From a virus (lineage: Duplodnaviria; Caudoviricetes): a stretch of DNA of 29,306 bases. A program made the position numbers and the translations under genes. This document shows, one piece after another, positions 8,063 to 16,845 of this stretch. Position 1 is the first letter of the stretch. Each line of letters starts with the position of its first letter. Below the pieces are notes generated by a model that had not been told where the DNA came from, did not search any database, and saw only the letters and a program-made list of their open reading frames with translations. Location: positions 1 through 29,306 of IMG/VR virus record IMGVR_UViG_3300020042_002364; one strand, 5' to 3'.

Positions 8063-9942
8063 AAGTTATTGAAGTACAAATAAAATCAAATATTGATGGT
8101 GCTACATCAAGCGTTTCTAAATTAAAAGCAGGATTAAAAGATGCTACAACACAATCAAAAGAATTAGGCTCTACTTTAGAAGGTTCTAAACAATCTGAAT
8201 TTATAAATACTTTAGCTAATGGAGTAGGCAAATTAAATCCAGCTTTTGGAACTGCTATACAAGGTGCTAATGGATTGCTTTTAAAAATGTATCAATTAAT
8301 AGCTAATCCAATTGGTTTAGTTATAGCTGCATTGGTTGTTAGTGTTAAATTTTTGTATGAAGCATTTGAAAGTTCGATTGCTGGAGGTAAAGAATTAAAA
8401 GCAATATTTGCTGCAGTTAGTACAGTAGGAGAACAAGTAAAAGATGCAATATTTGGATTAGGTAGAGCATTAATAAATACTACTACTGCTGCATATAAAT
8501 TTATTACATTAGATTTTAAAGGTGCTGCTGAAGATATGAAAGCGGCTAATAAAGAAGCTACTGAATCATATAAGCAATTAGGAAAAGCAGTTGACGGTAC
8601 AACAGCTAAAATAGAATATAATTTAACAAAACAACAACAAGCGAATGATAAAGCAAGAAAAGTTCAAGCGGTTACTCAAGCTAAAACGAACTTATTATTA
8701 GTTAAATCTCGTGAAATTTTAACTGACGAAACTGCATCAATAAAAGATAAAAAGAAAGCATTAGAAGAAGTTACAAAAGCAGAAATTGCTTCGAGCGCAG
8801 AGAAAGAAAGAATAGCATTAAAAGATTTGCAAATAGCAAAAGTTAGGGCTAAAAATTTAGGCGGAGAAGCTGAAAAGAAAATGAAAGGCGAACTAAGAGA
8901 TTTAGACGTGGCTTATATGGAAGCGCAAACCGAAAATGCTCAAACTGGTTTTAAACTTAACAAACAAAAGAAAATGTTAGGTCGACAGGAAGCTGCTGAT
9001 GCAAAAGAAAAAAACGATGCAATAATAGCTTCTAATAAAGAGGTTGCTGACAAAATAAAAGCACAATTAAAAATAGAAGAAGATGAAAGAAAAAGAATAG
9101 CAAAAGAAAATTTAGATGCAATGATGGCTTCTGCTAAAGAAGTATCTGATAAAGAAAGGCAATTAAGAGAATCTAAAGAAACACCCGCACAAAAAGAAGA
9201 AAGAGAATATCAAGAATGGTTAATTAAATATCAAGCCAATAATTTAAATACTGAATTATTAGATAAACAACATAAAGATAATTTAGCAATAATAGCTAAA
9301 ACCGATGCTGAAAAAAAGGCAGCAGATGATAAAATAATATCAGATAAAATTGCAGCAGATAAAAAAGCATCAGATGATAAAGAAATAGAATTTCAAAAAA
9401 ATAAAGATGCAGCAATAGCAGCATCAAAAGCAAATTTAAATAATATAATTGCAGGATTAGAAGCATCAGGATTAGCAAAAACAAAAGCAGGTCAAATTAT
9501 ATCTAAAGCAATTGCATTAACTCAAATAGGAATAGATAGTGCAGTGGCAATTTCTAAAGCATCAACTTTAGCAAATGCTGAAGGTGTAGCTGCTCAATTA
9601 GCATTTCCATTAGTTCCTGGTATTGGTACTATTGCAAGAGTTATATCTTATGCTTCAACTGCTGCTTCTGTTATAGGAAACATTGCAAGAGCAAGACAAT
9701 TATTGTCAAGTGGTAGTGCAAGTGGTGGTTCTGCTCCAAGTGGAGGTGGTGGAGGTGGTTCTGCTCCTGCTGTTCCTGCTGCTCCTGCATTTAACGTCGT
9801 AGGTGCAAGTTCAACAAATCAATTAGCACAAACGATAGGGAATCAACAACAACAACCTATAAAGGCTTATGTAGTGTCTAATGATGTTACAACTGCACAA
9901 GGATTAGATAGAAATATAATTGCAAGTGCTACAATCGGGTAA
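8050..9942 (+). CDS. Tail tape measure protein
   Basis: 630 aa Ala/Lys/Glu-rich coiled coil with ANPIGLVIAAL hydrophobic motif. Confidence 0.8.
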   Translation: MAEVKVIEVQIKSNIDGATSSVSKLKAGLKDATTQSKELGSTLEGSKQSEFINTLANGVGKLNPAFGTAIQGANGLLLKMYQLIANPIGLVIAALVVSVKFLYEAFESSIAGGKELKAIFAAVSTVGEQVKDAIFGLGRALINTTTAAYKFITLDFKGAAEDMKAANKEATESYKQLGKAVDGTTAKIEYNLTKQQQANDKARKVQAVTQAKTNLLLVKSREILTDETASIKDKKKALEEVTKAEIASSAEKERIALKDLQIAKVRAKNLGGEAEKKMKGELRDLDVAYMEAQTENAQTGFKLNKQKKMLGRQEAADAKEKNDAIIASNKEVADKIKAQLKIEEDERKRIAKENLDAMMASAKEVSDKERQLRESKETPAQKEEREYQEWLIKYQANNLNTELLDKQHKDNLAIIAKTDAEKKAADDKIISDKIAADKKASDDKEIEFQKNKDAAIAASKANLNNIIAGLEASGLAKTKAGQIISKAIALTQIGIDSAVAISKASTLANAEGVAAQLAFPLVPGIGTIARVISYASTAASVIGNIARARQLLSSGSASGGSAPSGGGGGGSAPAVPAAPAFNVVGASSTNQLAQTIGNQQQQPIKAYVVSNDVTTAQGLDRNIIASATIG

Positions 9943-9974
9943 TTAAAACAAAATAAATATAAATTAATTATAAT
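9943..9974 (+). promoter_or_regulatory. Candidate late promoter (copy 2)
   Basis: TTAAAACAA-N16-TTATAAT. Confidence 0.5.
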
Positions 9975-9987
9975 TAAAAAATATAAA

Positions 9988-10887
9988 ATGCGAATAGTAG
10001 AACTAATAATAGACGATAAAGAAGATTTAAACGGAATAGAAGCGGTTTCAATAGTTGAATTTCCAGCCATAGAATCTAACTTCATTGCATTAAGCGAACA
10101 TTTAGAACTTGCAAAAGTTGATGATGAAAAACGTATTTTAATGGGTGCTGCATTAATACCTAATAAAAAAATTTATAGACGAAATGGCGAAGATGAATAT
10201 TATATTTTCTTTTCAAATGATACAGTAAGAAAAGCAAGTGAACTTTTTTTAATGAATAGCAATCAAAACAATGCAACGTTAGAACACGATAAAAAGTTAA
10301 AGGATTTATCAGTAGTTGAAAGTTGGATAGTTGAAGATACAGAAATGGATAAATCTAAAAAATATGGTTTAAATGCCCCTGTAGGAACTTGGATGGTATC
10401 TATGAAAGTTAATAATGATGCTATATGGAATGATTTTGTAAAAACAGGCAAGGTTAAAGGATTTTCAATTGAAGGGTATTTTAGTGACAAATTAGAAATG
10501 AGTTTACAAATAGCAAAAGAACAAGAATTAGTAAATAAAATTAAAGACATCATTTTAAATGATGAAAAAAAAAAGATTGATTTAGAATCATATACAGATT
10601 ACCCTCAACAAGCTACGGAAAATGCAAAAATAGCTTTAAGGTACGCAGAAGAAAACGGCTGGGGTAGTTGTGGTACACCTGTAGGCAAAGCAAGGGCAAA
10701 TCAATTAGCAAATAGAGAACCAATAAGTGAAAATACTATTGCAAGAATGGCAAGTTTTGAAAGGCAAAGACAAAATTCAGATAGACCATTAGGAGAAGGT
10801 TGTGGAAGATTAATGTGGTTAGCTTGGGGTGGTGATGCAGGTGTTGAATGGGCAAGTAGAAAATTAAAACAAATAAGAAAAGAATAA
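9988..10887 (+). CDS. Putative prohead protease (XkdF-like) with extra C-terminal domain
   Basis: VEFPAIE, TLEH, VVESWI, GTWMV, GKVKGFSIEG motifs; upstream of scaffold and capsid. Confidence 0.8.
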   Translation: MRIVELIIDDKEDLNGIEAVSIVEFPAIESNFIALSEHLELAKVDDEKRILMGAALIPNKKIYRRNGEDEYYIFFSNDTVRKASELFLMNSNQNNATLEHDKKLKDLSVVESWIVEDTEMDKSKKYGLNAPVGTWMVSMKVNNDAIWNDFVKTGKVKGFSIEGYFSDKLEMSLQIAKEQELVNKIKDIILNDEKKKIDLESYTDYPQQATENAKIALRYAEENGWGSCGTPVGKARANQLANREPISENTIARMASFERQRQNSDRPLGEGCGRLMWLAWGGDAGVEWASRKLKQIRKE

Positions 10888-11099
10888 TGTTTAATAAATT
10901 AATAAATAAAATTATGGGAAATAAAACAAGTTCACCAAAAGGGGGTAAAAGAGGATGTTTATGTAAAGACGGAAAATACAGTTCAAAGTGTTGTGAAGGA
11001 GAATTAATAAATCAAGGTATTGGAAGTACAGTATCACAATCAAGTGGAGCAGTTACAAACACAAATACGGCAAGGGTTATAACAAGTGTAAGTTCGTAA
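10887..11099 (+). CDS. Small Cys-rich hypothetical protein (start may be 10914)
   Basis: GCLCKDGKYSSKCCEG motif within the head operon. Confidence 0.65.
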   Translation: MFNKLINKIMGNKTSSPKGGKRGCLCKDGKYSSKCCEGELINQGIGSTVSQSSGAVTNTNTARVITSVSS

Positions 11100-11100
11100 T

Positions 11101-11132
11101 TTATAACAAAAATAAATAATAATAATTAATAA
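11101..11132 (+). promoter_or_regulatory. Candidate late promoter (copy 3)
   Basis: TTATAACAA-N16-TTAATAA. Confidence 0.45.
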
Positions 11133-11147
11133 TAAAAAAAATGTAAT

Positions 11148-11684
11148 ATGAATGTACTAAACGAAATTAAAACTCTTTTGGGTATGGATGTAAAACTTGC
11201 TCAAATGAAACTTAAAGATGGAGTTACTATTATAGAAGCAGATGCTTTTGAAATGGATAACAATGTTTTTATTGTAAACGGTGAGGAAAAAATTCCTGTA
11301 CCAGTTGGAGAATATGAATTAGAAGATGGAATGATTCTAATTGTAGCAGTTGAAGGTGTTATTGCTGAAATTAAAGAAGCAGTAGCTGTAGAAAAAGAAG
11401 CACCTAAAGCAGAAGTTGAAGTAGAAGTTGAAGCACAAGCAGAACCTACATCACCTAAAAGAATTGTTGAATCAGTTTCAAAAGAAATGTTCTTTTCTGA
11501 AATTGAAAAATTAAGAGCAGAAATTGCTGAATTAAAATCAGTAAAACAAGAATTAAGTTCTGACGTTGTTGTTGAGCCATTAACACATTCGCCAGAATCT
11601 AAAAACGAAGTAAAACTAAATAAAATTTCACCTAATCGACAAATGACAACTAAAGATATTGTTATGTCTAAACTTTTTAATTAA
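11148..11684 (+). CDS. Putative head scaffolding protein
   Basis: Acidic protein with coiled-coil C-terminal half immediately upstream of the capsid gene. Confidence 0.6.
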   Translation: MNVLNEIKTLLGMDVKLAQMKLKDGVTIIEADAFEMDNNVFIVNGEEKIPVPVGEYELEDGMILIVAVEGVIAEIKEAVAVEKEAPKAEVEVEVEAQAEPTSPKRIVESVSKEMFFSEIEKLRAEIAELKSVKQELSSDVVVEPLTHSPESKNEVKLNKISPNRQMTTKDIVMSKLFN

Positions 11685-11690
11685 TAAATT

Positions 11691-12653
11691 ATGGCTACTA
11701 CAACAAGTATTACAACTACCTATGCAGGTGAGTTTGCAGGAAAATATGTTTCTGCTGCATTATTATCAGGTTCAACTATCGCCAATGGTGGTATTGAAGT
11801 TAAACCAAATATTAAATTTAAAGAAGTAATTAAAAGAATTGCTACAGATGCAATTGTTAAGAATGCTACTTGTGATTTTGATGCTACTTCTACTATAACA
11901 CTTACAGAGAAAATTTTACAACCTGAAGAATTTCAAGTTAATTTGCAACTTTGTAAAAAAGATTTTCGTTCAGATTGGGAAGCCGTACAAATGGGATATT
12001 CTACATTTGATTCTTTACCTCCATCATTTGCTGATTTTCTTTTAGCACACGTTGCTGCTAAAGTTGCTGAAAAAATAGAACAAAACATTTGGAAAGGTGT
12101 AACTGCTAATGCAGGAGAATTTGATGGTTTTACCGCTTTGCTTACTGCTGATGCTGGTTTGCCATCTGCACAAGAAGTAGCTGCTACTTCAACTAATATT
12201 ACTGCTGCTTCAACTGTAATTGCTGAACTTGGTAAACTTGTAGATGCTATTCCTGCTGCACTTTATGGAAAAGAAGATTTGTATTTATATGTATCTCAAG
12301 CTACTGCTCGTGCTTATGTAAGAGCCTTAGGCGGATTTGGAGCAAGTGGACTTGGAGCAAATGGTACAAATACAATGGGAACACAATGGTTCAATAATGG
12401 TTCACTTTCTTTTGATGGTATTAAAATCTTTGTTGCAAACGGATTAGCAAATACAGTAGCTATTGCTGCACAAAAATCTAACTTATATTTTGGAACAGGT
12501 TTATTAAATGACCAAAACGAAGTTCAGGTAATTGATTTACAAGATATTGATGGAAGTCAAAATGTTAGAGTTGTAATGAGATTTACTGCTGCAGTACAAT
12601 ACGGTTTAGCTGCTGATATTACTACTTACGGAATTACAAATGCTGCTAACTAA
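11691..12653 (+). CDS. Major capsid protein
   Basis: 320 aa following protease and scaffold, strong GCT/ACT codon bias, followed by a terminator; IWKG...FDGF motif. Confidence 0.8.
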   Translation: MATTTSITTTYAGEFAGKYVSAALLSGSTIANGGIEVKPNIKFKEVIKRIATDAIVKNATCDFDATSTITLTEKILQPEEFQVNLQLCKKDFRSDWEAVQMGYSTFDSLPPSFADFLLAHVAAKVAEKIEQNIWKGVTANAGEFDGFTALLTADAGLPSAQEVAATSTNITAASTVIAELGKLVDAIPAALYGKEDLYLYVSQATARAYVRALGGFGASGLGANGTNTMGTQWFNNGSLSFDGIKIFVANGLANTVAIAAQKSNLYFGTGLLNDQNEVQVIDLQDIDGSQNVRVVMRFTAAVQYGLAADITTYGITNAAN

Positions 12654-12675
12654 TATAAATTAGTTTGATTAAATC

Positions 12676-12705
12676 AAGGGTAGGTAATATTGCCTACCCT
12701 TTTTT
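12676..12705 (+). terminator. Rho-independent terminator
   Basis: AAGGGTAGGTA...TGCCTACCCTT hairpin plus T run. Confidence 0.9.
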
Positions 12706-12728
12706 ATTAACTTTAAAAAAATAAAACT

Positions 12729-13280
12729 ATGCCTTGCGATATATCATTAGGAAGAGCTGTTCAATGTAAAGACAGCGTAGGAGGTTTAAAAGCGGTTTAC
12801 TTCATTAATTGGGGTGATGCAACAACAGTAACATATTCTGCAACTGCAGGAAGTGAAGATGTAATTGTAGCTTTAGGTGGTACACCTATTGGTTATAAAT
12901 ACGAATTAAAAGGAGTGTCTACATTTGAACAAACTATTACAAGTTCAAGAGATAACGGAACTACATTTGTAGAACAAAAATTAAGTTTAGACTTAAAAAA
13001 GTTATCTATTGCAGACCATAAACAATTGAAACTTTTAAGTTACGGAAGACCACAAATCATTATAGAAGATAACAACAGTAAATTCTTTATGGCTGGTTTG
13101 ACAAAAGGTATGGATTTAGTAACTGCTACAATATCAAGCGGTGCTGCAATGGGAGATATGAGTGGATATAAACTTGAATTTTCAGGTATGGAACCAATTG
13201 CTGCCAATTTCATTGCGCCAGTTTCAGGAACATTAGTTAGTTTAGTTTTAGCCTCTATTGTTGAGGGTAGTGTTGCTTAA
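12729..13280 (+). CDS. Putative major tail (tube) protein, paralog A
   Basis: 183 aa beta-rich, CKDSVGGLKAVY N-terminus, directly after the capsid gene. Confidence 0.6.
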   Translation: MPCDISLGRAVQCKDSVGGLKAVYFINWGDATTVTYSATAGSEDVIVALGGTPIGYKYELKGVSTFEQTITSSRDNGTTFVEQKLSLDLKKLSIADHKQLKLLSYGRPQIIIEDNNSKFFMAGLTKGMDLVTATISSGAAMGDMSGYKLEFSGMEPIAANFIAPVSGTLVSLVLASIVEGSVA

Positions 13281-13296
13281 TTTAAAAAAATAGAGT

Positions 13297-13824
13297 ATGC
13301 CTTGTGATATAACTTTGGGAAGGGCTGTTCAATGCAAGAACGTTTTGGGCGGTTTGAGGGCAGTTTATATAATGAATTTTATTAAGAATTTAGAAATTGA
13401 AGATGGTAATGATGATTCAATTGAAAGTTTTGATAATGCTGGAACTGCTTATAAATACGAATTAAAAGGGGTATCAAGTTTTGAGCAAACTATTATTAGT
13501 TCAAGAGATAATGGTTCAACTTATGTAGAACAAAAACTATCTTTAGATTTAAAAAAGTTATCAATAGCAGACCATAAACAATTGAAATTACTTTCTTATG
13601 GCAGACCTCAAATATTTGTTGAAGATAACAACGGAAATATATTTTTAGCTGGTCTTGCTAAAGGAATGGAATTAACATCTGCTACTATATCTACGGGAGC
13701 GTCTATGGGCGATATGTCAGGATATAAACTTGAATTTGTAGGCACAGAATTTATAGCTGCAAGATTTTTACTAAATTCTTTAGCTTCTTCGGGTGTGGCT
13801 GTTGTTTTTGGAAGTGTAGCATAA
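13297..13824 (+). CDS. Putative major tail (tube) protein, paralog B
   Basis: Tandem paralog of 12729..13280 sharing long identical stretches. Confidence 0.6.
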   Translation: MPCDITLGRAVQCKNVLGGLRAVYIMNFIKNLEIEDGNDDSIESFDNAGTAYKYELKGVSSFEQTIISSRDNGSTYVEQKLSLDLKKLSIADHKQLKLLSYGRPQIFVEDNNGNIFLAGLAKGMELTSATISTGASMGDMSGYKLEFVGTEFIAARFLLNSLASSGVAVVFGSVA

Positions 13825-13844
13825 TATTATTGTTTGTTTTTTTT

Positions 13845-13877
13845 AAAAAGGTGTACTTTAATTAGTATGCCTTTTTT
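13845..13877 (+). terminator. Rho-independent terminator (potentially bidirectional)
   Basis: AAAAAGGTGTACT-TTAATT-AGTATGCCTTTTT. Confidence 0.9.
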
Positions 13878-13880
13878 GTT

Positions 13881-13912
13881 TTAAAACAATTTTATAATTA
13901 AATTATTATTAA
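13881..13912 (+). promoter_or_regulatory. Candidate late promoter (copy 4)
   Basis: TTAAAACAA-N16-TTATTAA immediately after the terminator. Confidence 0.5.
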
Positions 13913-13924
13913 TAAAAATAAGTT

Positions 13925-14203
13925 ATGATAATTTTAAGAGAAGAAAATACTGCACAAACATTTAGTTTTATTCCAAGACAATTAACTGCAACAACTATTG
14001 TTTTAAGAAACGAAACAACAGGAACAGAAACTACAATAGCTGCAAATTTCACTGTATCTACTTATTATTTAACTACCACAAATGTATTATCATTAAAAGA
14101 AAATACATTTTACAATTTAACTATTAAAAATGGAAACAATATAATTTATAAAGATAAAGTATTTTGTACTAATCAAAACATAGATACATATACTGTTAAT
14201 TAA
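13925..14203 (+). CDS. Small structural protein, possibly prematurely terminated (frame continues to 14254)
   Basis: 92 aa; after TAA the same frame reads NQYVANATNNEFKIYE* and overlaps the portal start. Confidence 0.7.
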   Translation: MIILREENTAQTFSFIPRQLTATTIVLRNETTGTETTIAANFTVSTYYLTTTNVLSLKENTFYNLTIKNGNNIIYKDKVFCTNQNIDTYTVN

Positions 14204-14246
14204 AATCAATATGTAGCAAACGCTACAAACAACGAATTTAAAATTT

Positions 14247-16022
14247 ATGAGTGATATATCAATAATTAATTTAAGCGCTTACACGAGTCCTATAATTCAA
14301 GAAAATAAAAAAAATAATTTTATTGAATATGGTGCAGACAATAATTATTTTCAATATTTAATTGATAGATATCTGTATTCTGCCACAAATGGCGCAATAA
14401 TAACAGGTATTACAAATATGATTTATGGCAAAGGATTAGATGCTTTAGATTCTAATAAAAAGCCAAATGAATATGCACAAATGAAGTCTATTGTTAAAGA
14501 TTCTGATTTAAAGAAAATAGCTTTAGAAAGAAAACTTTTAGGAATGGCTGCTATGCAAGTTGTAATGGAAAAGAAACAAGTAAAGCAAATACTTCATTTT
14601 CCAATGCATACATTAAGAGCAGAAAAATGCAATGATAAAGGACAAATTGAAGCGTGGTATTATCATCCTGATTGGACTAAAAAGAAACCAAGTGAAGAAG
14701 TTAAACGTATTCCTGCTTTTGGTTTTGGAAATGGAAATGAAGTTGAATTGTATGTTATTAAACCGTATGTTTCAGGATTTGATTATTACGCTCCAATTGA
14801 TTATTCAGGTTGTTTGCCTTATGCTTTATTAGAAGAAAACATAGCGGATTATCAAATTAATGATTGTCAAAATGGATTTAGTGGTACAAAAATTATCAAT
14901 TTTAATAATGGTATCCCTGACGAAGAACAAAGAGAAAAAACAAAACGAGATGTTTTAAATAAATTAACAGGAGCAAAAGGTGAAAAAGTAATTATTGCTT
15001 TTAATAATAATGCAGACAGCAAAACAACTGTTGACGATTTACCTTTAAATGATGCTCCTGCACATTATGAATATTTATCTAAAGAATGTTTTGATAAGTT
15101 AATAGTAGGACATAGAGTGACAAGTCCAATGTTATTAGGAATCAGAACAGGAGATGGTGGTTTAGGTAACAATGCAGACGAAATAAAGACTGCTACGCTA
15201 TTATTTGATAATATAGTTATAAAACCATATCAATTAGAAATAATTGACGCATTAGATGAAATATTAGCAGTAAACAATATATCATTAAAATTGTACTTTA
15301 AAACAATACAGCCACTGGAATTTGTTGATGTATCAGGAATGAATGCAGAAACAACAGAAGAAGAAACGGGAGTTAAAATGAGTTCTGACAATATAGAATT
15401 AGATGATTTTCTTTCATCTAAAGGTGAAGTATTATCTGATAATTGGATTTGTGTAGATGAAACAGAAGTTGATTATGATTCAGAAGAAGAATTAGATTTA
15501 GAAATCAATAATTTAAATAAAAAAAGTATATTATCAAAACTTCTAAAATTTGCAACAAGTGTTAATTCAAGACCAAATGCAAAGTCTGCACAAGATAAAG
15601 AAATAGATGGTTTTAAATTTATTACAAGATATTCTTATACAGGAAATCAAAATGCAGAACGAGAATTTTGTCAAAAAATGATGAGTGCATCAAATAACGG
15701 CAGGGTTTACAGAAAGGAAGATTTAGAAAATGTAAATACAAATGTTGTAAATCCTGGTTTTGGACATAAAGGTCAAAATTATAATTGCTTTCTTTATAAG
15801 GGCGGAGCAAGATGCCATCATAAATTCTTAAGAAAAACTTTTGTAAATATGGAAGGTGTTAAAATTGATGTTAATAATCCAAACTCTAAAACAATATCAG
15901 TAGCAAAAGCTGAAAAATACGGTTATAGAATTAGAAATGAAAAAGAAGTAGCAATGATGCCGAATGATATGCCTTTAAAAGGTTTTCACCCTAATAACAA
16001 AAATTTACCTAAAGACGTATAA
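14247..16022 (+). CDS. Portal protein with C-terminal extension
   Basis: N-terminal ~380 aa with portal-like motifs (NGFSG, GHRVTSPMLLGI, VIKPYQ); extra Cys/His-containing C-terminal domain. Confidence 0.8.
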   Translation: MSDISIINLSAYTSPIIQENKKNNFIEYGADNNYFQYLIDRYLYSATNGAIITGITNMIYGKGLDALDSNKKPNEYAQMKSIVKDSDLKKIALERKLLGMAAMQVVMEKKQVKQILHFPMHTLRAEKCNDKGQIEAWYYHPDWTKKKPSEEVKRIPAFGFGNGNEVELYVIKPYVSGFDYYAPIDYSGCLPYALLEENIADYQINDCQNGFSGTKIINFNNGIPDEEQREKTKRDVLNKLTGAKGEKVIIAFNNNADSKTTVDDLPLNDAPAHYEYLSKECFDKLIVGHRVTSPMLLGIRTGDGGLGNNADEIKTATLLFDNIVIKPYQLEIIDALDEILAVNNISLKLYFKTIQPLEFVDVSGMNAETTEEETGVKMSSDNIELDDFLSSKGEVLSDNWICVDETEVDYDSEEELDLEINNLNKKSILSKLLKFATSVNSRPNAKSAQDKEIDGFKFITRYSYTGNQNAEREFCQKMMSASNNGRVYRKEDLENVNTNVVNPGFGHKGQNYNCFLYKGGARCHHKFLRKTFVNMEGVKIDVNNPNSKTISVAKAEKYGYRIRNEKEVAMMPNDMPLKGFHPNNKNLPKDV

Positions 16023-16023
16023 T

Positions 16024-16524
16024 ATGGCTGCAGCATTATTTATAACAACAAATGACATAGTTAAATTTACTAATTTAAATGGTAATTTAGACCCTGATAT
16101 TTACACACAATACATATATCAAGCACAACAACTACACATTCAAAATTATTTAGGAACAAAACTATATAACAAGATTAACGATGGTATTGTAGCAGGTAAT
16201 TTAGCTGCACCATATACAACGCTTTTAAGCACATATATTAAGCCTATGGTAATACATTGGGCAATGGTTGAGTTTTTGCCTTACGCTGCCTATAAAGTAT
16301 CAAATAAAGGAGTATTTAAACATAATTCTGAAAACAGTACAACAGTTGAAAAAAATGAAATTGATTTTTTAATTGAAAAAGAACGACAAGTAGCACAAAG
16401 TTATACAACAAGGTTCATTGATTATATGACTTTTAATCAAGTTTCTTTTCCAGAATACAATACAAATTCTAATGCTGATATGTATCCAGATAAAGATGCT
16501 AATTTTACAGGATGGGTACTTTAA
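16024..16524 (+). CDS. Putative head-tail connector/adaptor
   Basis: 166 aa helical protein directly after portal (AQQLHIQNYLGTKLY). Confidence 0.55.
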   Translation: MAAALFITTNDIVKFTNLNGNLDPDIYTQYIYQAQQLHIQNYLGTKLYNKINDGIVAGNLAAPYTTLLSTYIKPMVIHWAMVEFLPYAAYKVSNKGVFKHNSENSTTVEKNEIDFLIEKERQVAQSYTTRFIDYMTFNQVSFPEYNTNSNADMYPDKDANFTGWVL

Positions 16525-16607
16525 AAGAAACATATAAACCAAAAGAAACTAACATTAAAAAGTTAGAAGTATTTTTAAATAAATTAAAACAAGAAAATGG
16601 CAAATAG
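16512..16607 (+). CDS. Small basic hypothetical protein (31 aa)
   Basis: MGTLKETYKPKETNIKKLEVFLNKLKQENGK*, overlaps both neighbours and fills the gap. Confidence 0.4.
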   Translation: MGTLKETYKPKETNIKKLEVFLNKLKQENGK

Positions 16608-16845
16608 TATTAATTGGGGACAAGGTGCTGCAAATAATTTAATTGGCTGGGGACAAGGTGCGATTAATAATCTAATTGGATGGGGTTCTGTTTATGCTAA
16701 TAGTTACGCAGCAGAAACTGATATATTAGGTTCATTAGCAGTAATTTTAACAAATGCTTTTAAAATAAGAGTATCAGCAGATTTAGGTACATTTGAAGCG
16801 GAATCTTGTTTAAATACAACATTAACAAACTTAAATAATATATAA
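16597..16845 (+). CDS. Small virion-associated protein with 11-aa WGQGA repeats
   Basis: WGQGAANNLIG-WGQGAINNLIG-WG; 33-nt tandem repeat at 16615-16685. Confidence 0.7.
   Translation: MANSINWGQGAANNLIGWGQGAINNLIGWGSVYANSYAAETDILGSLAVILTNAFKIRVSADLGTFEAESCLNTTLTNLNNI

Noticed and set aside
9300-9430. Repetitive GCAGATGATAAA-like sequence in the tape measure gene
   Set aside because: Ordinary low-complexity coiled-coil repeats (ADDK/ADKK) typical of tape measure proteins.
119-14203. Stop-codon reassignment suggested by TAG at 119 (followed by ATT TAA) and TAA at 14201
   Set aside because: All long genes are intact under the standard code, TAA is the dominant true stop, and no suppressor tRNA is visible.
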